A stretch of 59,122 nucleotides of DNA from Terracidiphilus sp. (lineage in GTDB: Bacteria > Acidobacteriota > Terriglobia > Terriglobales > Acidobacteriaceae): the NCBI GenBank assembly GCA_035486155.1, contig DATHNJ010000105.1, forward strand, positions 1-59,122. The letters run 5' to 3'. Both the position numbers and the translations under genes were made by a program. The notes under the pieces were generated by a model that saw only the letters and a program-made list of their open reading frames with translations, did no database searches and had not been told where the DNA came from. Positions 9,668-19,693 of this stretch are shown piece after piece (positions within the stretch are counted from its first letter, which is position 1; each line of letters begins with the position of its first letter).

Positions 9668-10312
9668 CTAGGCGCCTTGTTCCCTGTCCTTACGGTTGAA
9701 CTCGTTCATCGCCGGCCCCGGTCCCTCCTGGATGATCCGCCTGGTCGCCGTTGCGACCCGATCCAGCACTTCATCCAGCTTGCCCAGATCCGCTTTCCGC
9801 AACGGCGAAAGCAGGTAATCCCTGCCCGGCCGTCTGCCTCCCGCTTCTTTTGCTTCGGGGGGAAGATCGAGTCCAACTCCGATCCGTAACCTTAACCACT
9901 CTTCCGTCCCCAGGGCCGAAGTCACGCTGCGGGCTCCGTTGTGCCCCGCTGGCGAACCACGCTCCCTGATCTTGAACGTCCCCAGCGCCAGATCCAACTC
10001 GTCGTAGATCACGAGCAGATCCTTTGCCGGGTCCGCCTCGAACTCTCGAATCAGAGCGGCCACCGAAGCTCCGCTTAGATTCATAAACGTCTCCGGCTTG
10101 GCCAGGACCACTTCGCGTCCCGCAATCCTGCAGGTCGCCGTCATCGCCCGGCATCGCCGGTTGCTGACCACAATGCCTTCTTGCTCGGCGATGCGGTCAA
10201 TCGCCATGAACCCCGCGTTATGCGGCGTCCACAGATACTCCAGGCCGGGGTTGCCCAAACCCACCACCAAAAACGGGCTACGCCTGCCGTTCGATTCACT
10301 TGCCTCGGCCAA
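9668..10312 (-). CDS. pth: Peptidyl-tRNA hydrolase
   Basis: LVVGLGNPG..Y..T.HNAGF, KPETFMNLSG, YDELDL, GHNG, RLRIGVG. Confidence 0.96.
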   Translation of the reverse strand: MAEASESNGRRSPFLVVGLGNPGLEYLWTPHNAGFMAIDRIAEQEGIVVSNRRCRAMTATCRIAGREVVLAKPETFMNLSGASVAALIREFEADPAKDLLVIYDELDLALGTFKIRERGSPAGHNGARSVTSALGTEEWLRLRIGVGLDLPPEAKEAGGRRPGRDYLLSPLRKADLGKLDEVLDRVATATRRIIQEGPGPAMNEFNRKDREQGA

Positions 10313-10315
10313 GGT

Positions 10316-11014
10316 CTACTTCTTTGCCCCAGCCTCAGGCTTTTTGGCGCTGGCTGCAGCCGCTTCCGGCTCGGTCTTGCCCTTCTTGGCCACTTCCGGT
10401 TCCGAAGGAGTCGCTCCAGCCGCTGCTTCCGCATCCGCCGCCGGCGCTGCTTCTTCCTTGATCGAGACCACGTGCGCGACAGTCGCGTCCTCGGAGTCGA
10501 GATATTTGACCTTGTCGGAGTGTGGCAGATCGCTCACGCGGATCACGCCATGCAATCCGAGGTTGCTGATATCGACATCGATGTGGCTAGGAATGTTCGC
10601 AGGCAGGCATTCGATCTCCACCTCGCGCAGCACCTGGTCCAGAATGCCGCCTTCGGTCTTGACACCGATGGCAGTGCCGACCAGCTTGACGCGCACGCTG
10701 ACCTTGAGCAGCTTGTCGAGCGCAATGCGCTTCAGGTCGATGTGAATGAGCTGATCCTTGATCGGCTCGCGCTGCCAGTCAACGATCATGGCCTTGGCCG
10801 CAGGCTCCGCGCCCACTGCCAAGTCGAAGATCGTATTGTGGCCAGCTTCGGAGTAAAGAATCCGCGAAATCTGCTTGGGGTCGACTTCAACCGCAACGGC
10901 TTCACGGCCGCCGCCATACAACACAGCAGGAATCTTGCCCGCAACGCGCACACGGCGCGCGGCGTTCTTGTTGAACTTGCCCTCACGGGGCTTGGCTGCG
11001 ACTACTTCAGGCAT
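10316..11014 (-). CDS. rplY: 50S ribosomal protein L25/Ctc
   Basis: KNAARRVR..GKIPAVLYG, HIDL, GVKTEGG, CLPANIP..I.VDIS. Confidence 0.96.
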   Translation of the reverse strand: MPEVVAAKPREGKFNKNAARRVRVAGKIPAVLYGGGREAVAVEVDPKQISRILYSEAGHNTIFDLAVGAEPAAKAMIVDWQREPIKDQLIHIDLKRIALDKLLKVSVRVKLVGTAIGVKTEGGILDQVLREVEIECLPANIPSHIDVDISNLGLHGVIRVSDLPHSDKVKYLDSEDATVAHVVSIKEEAAPAADAEAAAGATPSEPEVAKKGKTEPEAAAASAKKPEAGAKK

Positions 11015-11095
11015 TCGTCTCTCATTTCTAGATCGGGCGCAGGCGATACAGCTGAGGCTGCTCCACCACTCCCTTTGTTGGCCGGCGTAGGCCGG

Positions 11096-11180
11096 CAGTT
11101 CACAGTTTTCAGTTCTTAGTTCACAGTTCTAAAGTTCTCAGCGATCGACACTGTGAACTGCGAACTAAGAACTACGAACT
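11096..11180. repeat. Heptamer array followed by an inverted array of the same unit
   Basis: cagttca cagtttt cagttct tagttca cagttct ... tgaactg cgaacta agaacta cgaact between prs and rplY. Confidence 0.8.
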
Positions 11181-12286
11181 CAACTAAACAGCGTACTAAC
11201 GCTGGTCTCCATGTGAATGCTCTCGATGGCCGCGCCCAGAAGGCCCGCAATCGACAGCACCTTAATCTTCGCCAGCTTCTGCGCCGGCTCCCGCAGCGGA
11301 ACAGTGTCCGTTACGACCACCTGCTCCAAACGCGAATTGGCGATGCGCTCCACAGCCGGACCCGAAAGCACAGCATGGCTGGCGCAGGCGTGGACCGCGG
11401 TCGCGCCTTCATTGATGAGCGCGTCGACAGTCTTTACGAGCGTTCCGGCCGTGTCGATGATGTCGTCAATGATCAGGCAGGTCTTACCCTTCACATCGCC
11501 GATCACATTCATCACTTCGGCGACATTCATATCTGTCCGCCGCTTATCCACGATGCACAACGGCGCGCCCATCTTCTGCGCGAAGTGCCGCGCCCGCTCC
11601 ACCCCGCCTGCATCCGGCGAAACCACGGCCAGGTTCGGCAGATTCATCTCCCGGAAGTAGCTCACCAGCACCGGGCTCGAAAACATGTGATCGACCGGGA
11701 TGTTGAAGAAGCCCTGAATCTGCGCCGCATGCAGATCGACAAACAACGCCCGATTGGCGCCTGCCGTCGTCAGCAGATCGGCGATAAGCTTGGCGCTGAT
11801 GGCCACGCGTGGGCGGTCCTTGCGATCCTGCCGCGCGTACCCGTAGTAGGGAACGACCGCTGTGATCCTGGCCGCCGAGGCGCGCTTCAGCGCATCGATC
11901 ATGATCAACAACTCCATCAGGTGCTGGTCCACCGGAAAGCAGGTCGGCTGCACCACAAACACATCCACGCCGCGAACGTTTTCCAAAAGCTGGAAGTAGA
12001 CCTCGCCGTCGGCGAATCGCTGCAGCTTGGCTTCGCCCACGGGCACGCCGATGTGGCGCCCAATGGCTTCAGCCAGCGGCCGGTTCGCGGTCCCCGAGAA
12101 CAGCTTGAATCGCTTGTCCTCGCTGAGATTCCGCGTCCGCTTGCGCTCCGGCGCCACCTTGGCGTCCTTGCCCTTGGCGTCCGGTTGGTTGGGCTGGCTC
12201 GGATTTTTCAGGCTGTCTTTGCCTGCGTCCTCTGCGGCCTGCTGTTGCTTGTCTTCGGTTGCGACGGTCACCGTTCCTGCTTCCAT
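11180..12286 (-). CDS. prs: Ribose-phosphate pyrophosphokinase with charged N-terminal extension
   Basis: FADGE, PYYGYARQDRK, DLHAAQIQGFF, SPDAGG, IIDDIIDTAGT; ATG 12286 with GGAGG. Confidence 0.97.
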   Translation of the reverse strand: MEAGTVTVATEDKQQQAAEDAGKDSLKNPSQPNQPDAKGKDAKVAPERKRTRNLSEDKRFKLFSGTANRPLAEAIGRHIGVPVGEAKLQRFADGEVYFQLLENVRGVDVFVVQPTCFPVDQHLMELLIMIDALKRASAARITAVVPYYGYARQDRKDRPRVAISAKLIADLLTTAGANRALFVDLHAAQIQGFFNIPVDHMFSSPVLVSYFREMNLPNLAVVSPDAGGVERARHFAQKMGAPLCIVDKRRTDMNVAEVMNVIGDVKGKTCLIIDDIIDTAGTLVKTVDALINEGATAVHACASHAVLSGPAVERIANSRLEQVVVTDTVPLREPAQKLAKIKVLSIAGLLGAAIESIHMETSVSTLFS

Positions 12287-12353
12287 TTCATGAACCTCCA
12301 AGCTGGTTGGCTTTGGCTGCTCTACTACTTTCTTCAGTGGCGTTACAAAACTT

Positions 12354-12427
12354 TGGCTGGGCGACTAGGATTCGAACCTAGATAAATGCCTCCAAAGGGC
12401 ATTGTCCTACCATTGAACGATCGCCCA
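12354..12427 (-). tRNA. tRNA-Gln (anticodon TTG)
   Basis: TGGGCGA/TCGCCCA acceptor stem plus GCCA end; anticodon arm ATGCC-CT TTG GA-GGCAT; GGTTCGAATCC T-arm; classic ispE-tRNA-Gln-prs position. Confidence 0.97.
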
Positions 12428-12515
12428 ACATCGCGAATCCTGACTCACCGCCCTGATTCACCCCCGACAGCCGCATGCGAGTTTCTATGCCGCATACCGC
12501 GCTGTCAACCAATCT

Positions 12516-13562
12516 TTAAAGAAGCATTTCGCTCCAGTATGCCGACCGCGGAATCGTGCGCGTCAAAGTGCTGCGCACCGCAACTCCCTGAACTTCTTTG
12601 GCCAGCCGAAACTGTGCTGCTTCCGCATGCTCACGGGTTCGGTACAACCCGAAGAGAGCCGAACCGGACCCCGACAGCGAGGAATAGAGGGCTGCCTCCG
12701 GTATGTCCGAAGCCGCAAGAATACGCTTGATTTCTGCAAGGGAAGGATGCTGGGGAAAGACAACACGCTCGAAGTCATTCTCGATCCAGCTCGTGATCCC
12801 GGTGCGGACAAGCGCGGACTCTTGTGGTCCGGCCAGGTCCTCTCTGCTTGAGAGGACACCGGAGGAGCCTGCCCCCTGCCCACCTGAAAAAGCGCTGGCG
12901 TAGGCGCGGCTCAACCTTTGTAGTTTAGCGGTACTGGCCTCCGCGGTCAAACCCTCGCGGACACACAAGTCATCCCAATCGCGAAAGGCTTGCGGGGTTG
13001 AAACCCCGACTGCCGGCGCCGCCACTACGCACCACGCCGGCTCGATGTCCGGAAGGGGATATACCTCCTGGCCCCGATCCACCCCGAGAGCAGTCCCGCC
13101 GATCAGAAACAACGGAACATCGGAGCCTACCTTTGCCGCAATCGCCAGCCGATCGGCTGCCCAAGCACGGTTTCTGTTCCCTGCTCCCTGCTCCCTGCTC
13201 CCTCGAAGCTCAGCCTCCAGCCCTGCTAACGCAGCAACAGCATTCGCCGAACCCGCGCCCAGGCCGCCCTGGATGGGCAAGCGTTTCTCAATGTGGATCA
13301 GAACGTCGGCATTGACGCCAAGCTCTTCCAAGGCAAGGAGAAGCATCTTCCAGGCCGTGTTCCGCTCATCCGTCGGCACCCGCTCGTCATTCGATGTCAG
13401 CCGGATTGACGTCTTCGCCGCCGGTCGAGCCTCTACCGTGACCACATCGTGCAGCTCTAGGGTCTGGTAGACCGTGCAGAGGGAATGAAATCCATCCGCG
13501 CGTGGCGCCCCTATCCCTAATCCCAGGTTGATCTTCGCGTGCGAGCGCACCTTCGTCGGCAT
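12516..13562 (-). CDS. ispE: 4-diphosphocytidyl-2-C-methyl-D-erythritol kinase
   Basis: AKINLGL, KRLPIQGGLGAGSANA, GSDVPLF, NDFE, LSGSGSALF. Confidence 0.95.
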   Translation of the reverse strand: MPTKVRSHAKINLGLGIGAPRADGFHSLCTVYQTLELHDVVTVEARPAAKTSIRLTSNDERVPTDERNTAWKMLLLALEELGVNADVLIHIEKRLPIQGGLGAGSANAVAALAGLEAELRGSREQGAGNRNRAWAADRLAIAAKVGSDVPLFLIGGTALGVDRGQEVYPLPDIEPAWCVVAAPAVGVSTPQAFRDWDDLCVREGLTAEASTAKLQRLSRAYASAFSGGQGAGSSGVLSSREDLAGPQESALVRTGITSWIENDFERVVFPQHPSLAEIKRILAASDIPEAALYSSLSGSGSALFGLYRTREHAEAAQFRLAKEVQGVAVRSTLTRTIPRSAYWSEMLL

Positions 13563-13742
13563 ACCGTTCCTCTACCCGTTCCCTACCCGTTCATTGTAGA
13601 GGCGAACCGGCTGGCGACCTCGCCCGTCCCGGCGGGCGAAAACCGCTGGATTTGTATCTTCGAGTGAGCGCACAATCCAAGGACATTAAGGCGTTCTCTC
13701 CGCATTTGGCCCGAACTTGCTTGGTTGAAAGGAGGGCCCCCT

Positions 13743-14702
13743 GTGAGAATCGCGACAATCCGAAGACTTGCCTCTCTCGTTTTACTCGGCCTCGCCGGCT
13801 GTTATGCACAGGCGCAAAGCGAATCGCCCGTGCATCAGGCGCCCATGCTTGAGCGCTACGGCAAGCCTTACGTTATGGTGACGATCAACGGCAAGGGCCC
13901 ATTCCGCTTTGTGATCGATACCGGCACTGGCGGCGACGCGCTGGTCACGCCCGCGCTTGCCGATCAGCTCGGCCTGCCTACCGTTGGCCACGCCAAGCTC
14001 AGTGATCCAAGCGGCCAGGGCGGTAAACACGCCCCTATCGTCCTTCTGGATACTCTTGAAGTTGCGGGTGTCCAATTCACCGGCATCCGCGCCCTCAGCC
14101 ACCCATTTTTCATCGAAGCCGGCGCCTGCGACGGCGTCCTCGGCTTCACGCTCTTTCGCGACTACCTGCTGACGCTCGATTTTCCCAACCGTGTCGTCAT
14201 CCTGACCACGGGCGCGCTCGCGCCCGACGGCGGCAAGTCGGTCCTGTCTTTTCGCATGCCCGAGGGCATTCCCGTTGCCAGCCTCAAGGTCGATGGCCTT
14301 GAACCTGTCGAAGCCCAGCTCGACTCAGGCGGCGGCGGCCTGGTCATTCCGGAAAAACTTGCCGCTCATCTCAAATACGACATCGATCCGGTGGTCTTCG
14401 CCTCGGGACACTCCGTCTCCACGCGCTTTGAAATGAAAGCCGCCAAACTCGCCTCCGACGTCAAGCTCGGCCGCTACACATTCACCCACCCGGTCGTCGA
14501 GATTCAACCTGCATTTCCATTGATCAACTTCGGTTCGCCGCCCATGCAGATCTTCGCCATCACGTTCGACCAGAAAAATCTGTTAGTCCGTTTCACGGCA
14601 AATCAGAAGAAGTTCACTCTCAGCGCGCCGCCCTACCCCATGCGCTTGACCAACGCGCCGGTCTATAACCCGCCGCCGCCCGATCTGGTGCCGGTGGGGT
14701 AG
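13743..14702 (+). CDS. Exported single-chain retropepsin-like aspartyl protease
   Basis: Signal peptide; FVIDTG and QLDSG motifs, GVLG; GTG 13743 after AAGGAGG. Confidence 0.8.
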   Translation: MRIATIRRLASLVLLGLAGCYAQAQSESPVHQAPMLERYGKPYVMVTINGKGPFRFVIDTGTGGDALVTPALADQLGLPTVGHAKLSDPSGQGGKHAPIVLLDTLEVAGVQFTGIRALSHPFFIEAGACDGVLGFTLFRDYLLTLDFPNRVVILTTGALAPDGGKSVLSFRMPEGIPVASLKVDGLEPVEAQLDSGGGGLVIPEKLAAHLKYDIDPVVFASGHSVSTRFEMKAAKLASDVKLGRYTFTHPVVEIQPAFPLINFGSPPMQIFAITFDQKNLLVRFTANQKKFTLSAPPYPMRLTNAPVYNPPPPDLVPVG

Positions 14703-14788
14703 CGCATAACGCGCCTTTGCGACGCGTCGATCCGTGAGAAGGCGGATGCTCTATCCTTGCGATGTTCTCCAGTTGCAGGAGCGGGAGC

Positions 14789-15706
14789 TCACCCCAGCAC
14801 CACCCGCCCCACCATCTCTCGGGCCGCACGCAAACTGGCCACGGCATCGCCCAGCGGCTTGAACTCCATCGCCACCACTCGCCGATACTTCAGATCGACG
14901 AGCTTCTTGAAGATGTTCGCGTAGTTGATCTCGCCGGTCCCTGGCTCATGCCGCCCCGGCACGTCGGCTACGTGGATTAGGCCGATCACGTCGATGTTCT
15001 TGTCGAGCTTCTCGATCAAATTGCCTTCGGCGATCTGTTCGTGGAACATGTCGTAGAGAAACTGCACCTGCGGATGATTCACGGCGCGCACAATCTCGAT
15101 CGCTTCGGTCGCCGACTGCAGGTAGTAGTGCGGGTTCTCCTCCGGATCGATACATTCGAGTAGCAGGCGCACCGGCTGGCCTTGGATCTCGCGGCCCTCG
15201 ACCAATGCCGCCGCGCGCTTCAGCGTCTCGATTGAGCTCTGGTGCTGCTCTTCGCGGGACAATCCCGGCACGACGTTGCCCGACAGCGCAATCATCGCCG
15301 GACACTCCAGCGTCTCCATCGGCTTCAGCGCGTCGCGCAACGCGCTCAGGAACGCGTCGCGCGTCGAAGGATCGGCGACGCCATGCTTAAGCCCCGCTGT
15401 TGCATCGAAACGAATCCCATAGCGCTGGCGCGCCGCATTGGCCCGCGCGAACTCCGCATCGTCCCACTTGGCATACTCGCCCACCAACTCCACATTGCTG
15501 TAGCCGGCCTCTGCTACCTTCGCCAGCCGATCCTCGAAGGGCATTCCGGTAAACACCGTCCACAACATCACCGACAACGGAAACGGCAACGCAGGCGCGG
15601 GCGCCGGCAATCCTCCCTCAGCCATCAACGCGGGTCCAGAGATCTGAGCAGACGCAGCACCCACCGCCGCTCCCGCTGCCACCTTTGCAAAAGTTCGGCG
15701 ATCCAC
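14789..15706 (-). CDS. Hydroxypyruvate isomerase-like TIM-barrel protein with Tat signal
   Basis: GTG 15706 after GGAGG; DRRTFAK twin-Arg; LLLECID, LYDMFHEQI, HVADVPGRHEPGTGEINY, MEF. Confidence 0.88.
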   Translation of the reverse strand: MDRRTFAKVAAGAAVGAASAQISGPALMAEGGLPAPAPALPFPLSVMLWTVFTGMPFEDRLAKVAEAGYSNVELVGEYAKWDDAEFARANAARQRYGIRFDATAGLKHGVADPSTRDAFLSALRDALKPMETLECPAMIALSGNVVPGLSREEQHQSSIETLKRAAALVEGREIQGQPVRLLLECIDPEENPHYYLQSATEAIEIVRAVNHPQVQFLYDMFHEQIAEGNLIEKLDKNIDVIGLIHVADVPGRHEPGTGEINYANIFKKLVDLKYRRVVAMEFKPLGDAVASLRAAREMVGRVVLG

Positions 15707-15773
15707 GTCTGCCTCCAATTCGTCCTGCTCAGTTCGGTTGCCTTGTTCCCACGGTCCGTTGTTCCCTTGGCCC

Positions 15774-17102
15774 CTAGCTTTTGCTCTTACTCTTAATCGT
15801 CCGCCGCAGCGTCTGCCAGTCTTTCTCGGTCTGGTCCGCATACGCGGCGCCAAACTTGCTCAGGGCCTCGGCAAATCCTTCACCCGATCCAATATATCCG
15901 GCGATCATCTGCGGATCGCCCGATCGTGCATGCCCACGCGCCAGCAGTTCGCCGCAGATCTCGGCAAACGCCGAAAGCCCGCTGCCCGCCAGGTCGGTTA
16001 GTTCAATCGATCCCTTGTGATCGTTCAACTGCCGCACCAGGTAATCGCGTCCTTCCAATTCCGTCCAGCCCAGAAACGGATCGGATTGCACTTGCATTGC
16101 GCGCTGGCCTTCCACCGTGCGCTGGCCGTTGTGATGAGCCGGGCGTGCGTCGGGCAAGTACATCGTATACGCCGACGGCGCCTCTTCTTTCATCTGCAGA
16201 AACAGCGGATCGCCGGGACCATTCCCCTCGAAATAGATGCAATAGTCGCGTAGCCCAACCGATCCAGTCCCAACCACCTTGAACGCCACATCAACCGGCT
16301 GATACAGCGACAGCAAATGCTGCCTCTGCGGTTCCAAAGTCGAACGGTACGGCCCCAGCGCCGCCAACACCTTCACCGCTTGCGAACCGGTGACGCGCGT
16401 AAGCATCGGCTTGATCTCTTTGAAGCGCCGCGGCGCGTTTGCTTTCTTGCTCGCCGCCTCCGTCAGTTGCTCCAGAGTATGCAGTGGCGTGGCGCGTTCG
16501 GCCTTCAGCAGCGCATCGTGCACCGGCGCAATCGAGCCCATGCGATGCACCTGGTAGCGGCCCACCTCGAGCAGCGGCATCTCGGCGAATGACCGCATCT
16601 TTTCGCTGTAATGCATTGCGAACTCTTCGGCCGCTGCCCGCGCCGATGATTCCTTATGTCTCGCTTCGCGCCCGGCCAACACCAACGATGCCGACATGCG
16701 CTTCAGGTCCCACTCGAAAGGTCCGCGAATCGTTTCGTCAAAATCATTGATGTCGAAGACCAGCCGTCCGTCCGGCGCCGCAAATGCGCCCAGGTTGCGC
16801 ACGTGCGCATCCCCGCAGAGCTGCGCGGCAATTCCAGTGTTCGGCGTCGTCGACAGATCGGCGGCCATCACCGGCGCCGCGCCACGAAAAAAAACAAACG
16901 GCGACTCGGCCATCATCTGATGTTTCAGCTTTAGCAGCAGCCCCAAACGTCCGTGCTCCGCCCGCTCCAACAGCGTGAGAGCCGGAACCTTTCGCGCTTT
17001 GCTACCGCATGCGTCGTGCTGTTGGCGTCCTATCTGCTTGCGTCGCGCCTGCCCAAGATTGCGGCGCTCTTCGGGAGTAACCCAGTGCATGTTCGTGACC
17101 AT
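15774..17102 (-). CDS. DUF2252 family protein
   Basis: SPFVFFRGAA, LCGDAHVRNLG, FDINDFDET, KVVGTGSVG, LARGHARSGD; ATG 17102 with GAGGA. Confidence 0.9.
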   Translation of the reverse strand: MVTNMHWVTPEERRNLGQARRKQIGRQQHDACGSKARKVPALTLLERAEHGRLGLLLKLKHQMMAESPFVFFRGAAPVMAADLSTTPNTGIAAQLCGDAHVRNLGAFAAPDGRLVFDINDFDETIRGPFEWDLKRMSASLVLAGREARHKESSARAAAEEFAMHYSEKMRSFAEMPLLEVGRYQVHRMGSIAPVHDALLKAERATPLHTLEQLTEAASKKANAPRRFKEIKPMLTRVTGSQAVKVLAALGPYRSTLEPQRQHLLSLYQPVDVAFKVVGTGSVGLRDYCIYFEGNGPGDPLFLQMKEEAPSAYTMYLPDARPAHHNGQRTVEGQRAMQVQSDPFLGWTELEGRDYLVRQLNDHKGSIELTDLAGSGLSAFAEICGELLARGHARSGDPQMIAGYIGSGEGFAEALSKFGAAYADQTEKDWQTLRRTIKSKSKS

Positions 17103-17291
17103 ATATCCTCGGCCTCGGCCTTGCAAACCTGTTTCGAAATCGTACGAATCACGAGGCCGCGCGCGTTCTCCGTCCCTCGAACTGGGGTTGTCTGCAAGTT
17201 ATCGTGATATAGACTTCAGATTGAAGTTAGGCCCCGCAATCCCCCACCTGATGCGTACCTACAGGCCCTGATCCCATTGGAGGAAATTCCT

Positions 17292-19517
17292 TTGACGCGT
17301 AGTTGCGCGCTGTTATTCATTGCCGTTTTTTCTTTTCCGCTCTTGAAAATTTCACTGCACGCGCAAGCGCCCGGCGTGCCGCTCCCCCCTGGCGTGCCGC
17401 TCACTGTCGAGAAGATCTACGCGCACGGCCCCTTGGTCGGCCGCATGCCGTCTGACGTCAGCTGGTCTCCCGACGGCAAGCACCTGACCTATCTCGATGG
17501 CGGCGAGCTAATCGATCTCGATCCCGCATCGGGCAAGCCCCACGTGCTTCTGAGCCGCTCCAAGATCACTTCTCTCGAAGGCGCCTCAGCCTCCGAGCAG
17601 GATCGCGATCACCGCAGCCGCTACGGCATGGCCGCTTATCAGTGGGCGCCGGATTCAAGGCATCTCCTCTTCGACGCCAACGGCCGCTTGTGGATGTATG
17701 ACCCGAACAACGGTACCGGCGTCGAGATCGCCTCGACCGGACAGGCTTCGGGCGACGATCCCAAGTTCTCGCCTAACGGCGAATATATCTCGTTCATCCA
17801 CGATCACGGCCTCTCGGTCGTACGTTTGAAAGACGCCGGCATGCCCCCCACCGCTGTCGCTCACGCGCCAAATGAAACCACGCTTAACGGCGAAGTCGAT
17901 TGGGTCTACGAAGAAGAGCTCGACGTTCGCAGCAACTATTTCTGGTCGCCCGACTCCGAGCGGCTCGCCTTTCTTCAGATGAACGAAAGCGACGTGCCGG
18001 CTTATCCGCTCACCGATTGGATTCCGACGCACGCTGGCATAAACATGCAGCGCTATCCGCAGCCGGGCGATCCCAATCCCAGCGTGCGCCTCGGCATCGT
18101 CTCGGCGCACGGCGGCAAACCCGCATGGATCAAGCTGCCCATCTCCGCCGGACAGGACTATGTTCCACGCTTCGGCTGGGTCAATCGCAAAACGGTCTGG
18201 GCCGAGGTCGTCCCACGCAATCACAAGCACCGGATTTTTTTCTTCGCCGACGCCAGCAACGGCAATGTGCGCCAGGTCCTCGACATCTCCGATGAGAAGT
18301 TTCTCGACGAAAACTACAACGTCGACATTGCAGACGGCTACCTCGTTCTCACCAACTGGAGCGATGGGCACAACCACATCTATCTCTATAGCTACGATCG
18401 CAGCAATCCCACAGCCTCTGAGGCGAAGCTCGAAAAGCAGCTTACCTCCGGCGGGTTCGAAGTCAGCGATGTCTCCTCCGTCGATACCGAGCACAAGGTT
18501 GTCTTCTACGCCAGCAACGAAGGCAATGTGCTGCAGCAGCAAATCTGGCAGGTCAGCTTTGACGGCGAACGCAAGCAACTGAGCAGAGGTCCAGGTAATC
18601 ACCAAGCGAACTTCGCTCCAAATAATCAGAGCTACACCGACAAGTACTCTTCGCTCATGAATCCTCCGACCTTGCAACTCTGCCGCGATGGCGACAAATG
18701 CCAGACCTACTGGTCGACCCAAGCTCTAGAGCCCTACAATCTGCGCGCGCCTGAATCGCTTGAAGTCAAGGCGCACGACGGAACCACACTCTATGCCACA
18801 CTGCTTCTTCCTGCAGGCGCCTCAAGCCCCGCCAGCGTTCCGCTGATCGTCAATCCCTATGGCGGACCAGGCCCACAGGAAGTCGCAGACAAGTGGGGCG
18901 ACGGTCTTCTCTTCGATGAACTGCTTGCCCAGCATGGATTCGCCGTGCTGCACGCCGACAACCGCGGTACAGGCATGCGCGGCCGCAACTTCGCACAGGC
19001 CGCCTATCGCAACTTCGGTCCTGTTCAGCTCGAAGATCAGTTGACCGTGGTCGACGCTGCGCTCGTCAAATATCCGGAGCTCGACCCCAAGCGTCTCGGC
19101 TGGTGGGGCTGGAGCTGGGGCGGCACGTTCACGCTCTATGCGCTCTCGCACTCCGATCGTTTCCGCGCCGGCGTCTCGGTCGCTCCCGTCACCGATTGGC
19201 GCAACTACGACTCGGTCTACACCGAGCGCTACATGGGACTGCCCGCGGAGTTCGCCGCCGGCTACAAAGACTTCTCCGTGGTCAACTCAGCGGAGAACCT
19301 CAAAGGCCATCTGCTCCTGGCCCAAGGCACTGGCGACGACAACGTGCATATGGAAAACATCATCCAGTACATCCAGAAGCTGATTGAAGCGGACCTGTCC
19401 TACGACCTGCAGCTCTACCCGCGCAAGACGCACTCGATCAGCGGCAGTGATGTACGAACCCATCTCTACCAGCGCATCCTAGCCCACTTTGAGCAGTACC
19501 TGATGCCGCCGGCGTAG
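17292..19517 (+). CDS. Dipeptidyl peptidase IV-like S9B serine peptidase
   Basis: Signal peptide; DWVYEEE, YPQPG..NP, GWSWGG nucleophile, DDNVH, HSI; TTG 17292 after GGAGG. Confidence 0.93.
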   Translation: MTRSCALLFIAVFSFPLLKISLHAQAPGVPLPPGVPLTVEKIYAHGPLVGRMPSDVSWSPDGKHLTYLDGGELIDLDPASGKPHVLLSRSKITSLEGASASEQDRDHRSRYGMAAYQWAPDSRHLLFDANGRLWMYDPNNGTGVEIASTGQASGDDPKFSPNGEYISFIHDHGLSVVRLKDAGMPPTAVAHAPNETTLNGEVDWVYEEELDVRSNYFWSPDSERLAFLQMNESDVPAYPLTDWIPTHAGINMQRYPQPGDPNPSVRLGIVSAHGGKPAWIKLPISAGQDYVPRFGWVNRKTVWAEVVPRNHKHRIFFFADASNGNVRQVLDISDEKFLDENYNVDIADGYLVLTNWSDGHNHIYLYSYDRSNPTASEAKLEKQLTSGGFEVSDVSSVDTEHKVVFYASNEGNVLQQQIWQVSFDGERKQLSRGPGNHQANFAPNNQSYTDKYSSLMNPPTLQLCRDGDKCQTYWSTQALEPYNLRAPESLEVKAHDGTTLYATLLLPAGASSPASVPLIVNPYGGPGPQEVADKWGDGLLFDELLAQHGFAVLHADNRGTGMRGRNFAQAAYRNFGPVQLEDQLTVVDAALVKYPELDPKRLGWWGWSWGGTFTLYALSHSDRFRAGVSVAPVTDWRNYDSVYTERYMGLPAEFAAGYKDFSVVNSAENLKGHLLLAQGTGDDNVHMENIIQYIQKLIEADLSYDLQLYPRKTHSISGSDVRTHLYQRILAHFEQYLMPPA

Positions 19518-19693
19518 TCCCCCGTTCCTACGGGCTGATCCCAAAACCGAGGCCGTGCTGCGGCAGCTCTGTCTGGACACTGCGTTCAGGCCGATGGGTC
19601 ATCCGTTCTCATCAGGGAACTCGTTCGAATTAAGTCGGAAGGGCGTGGAATAGATTCACTACAATAATGTTTCTTCGTTGTACACGCTGAACG

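Noticed and set aside
9563-11180. Short repeat arrays as CRISPR or iterons
   Set aside because: Units are 7 nt with no unique spacers, and there are no cas or rep genes
8628-12286. Low-complexity extensions on S18, S6, L25 and Prs
   Set aside because: Disordered tails are common on these proteins; the cores are canonical
12354-12427. tRNA-Gln as an integration site
   Set aside because: Flanked by the conserved ispE and prs genes; no integrase or duplicated tRNA 3' end seen
13562-13592. GTTC-N7-GTTC (LexA-like) upstream of ispE
   Set aside because: It is part of a three-copy TACCCGTTC-like tandem repeat that includes the RBS; ispE is not an expected SOS gene
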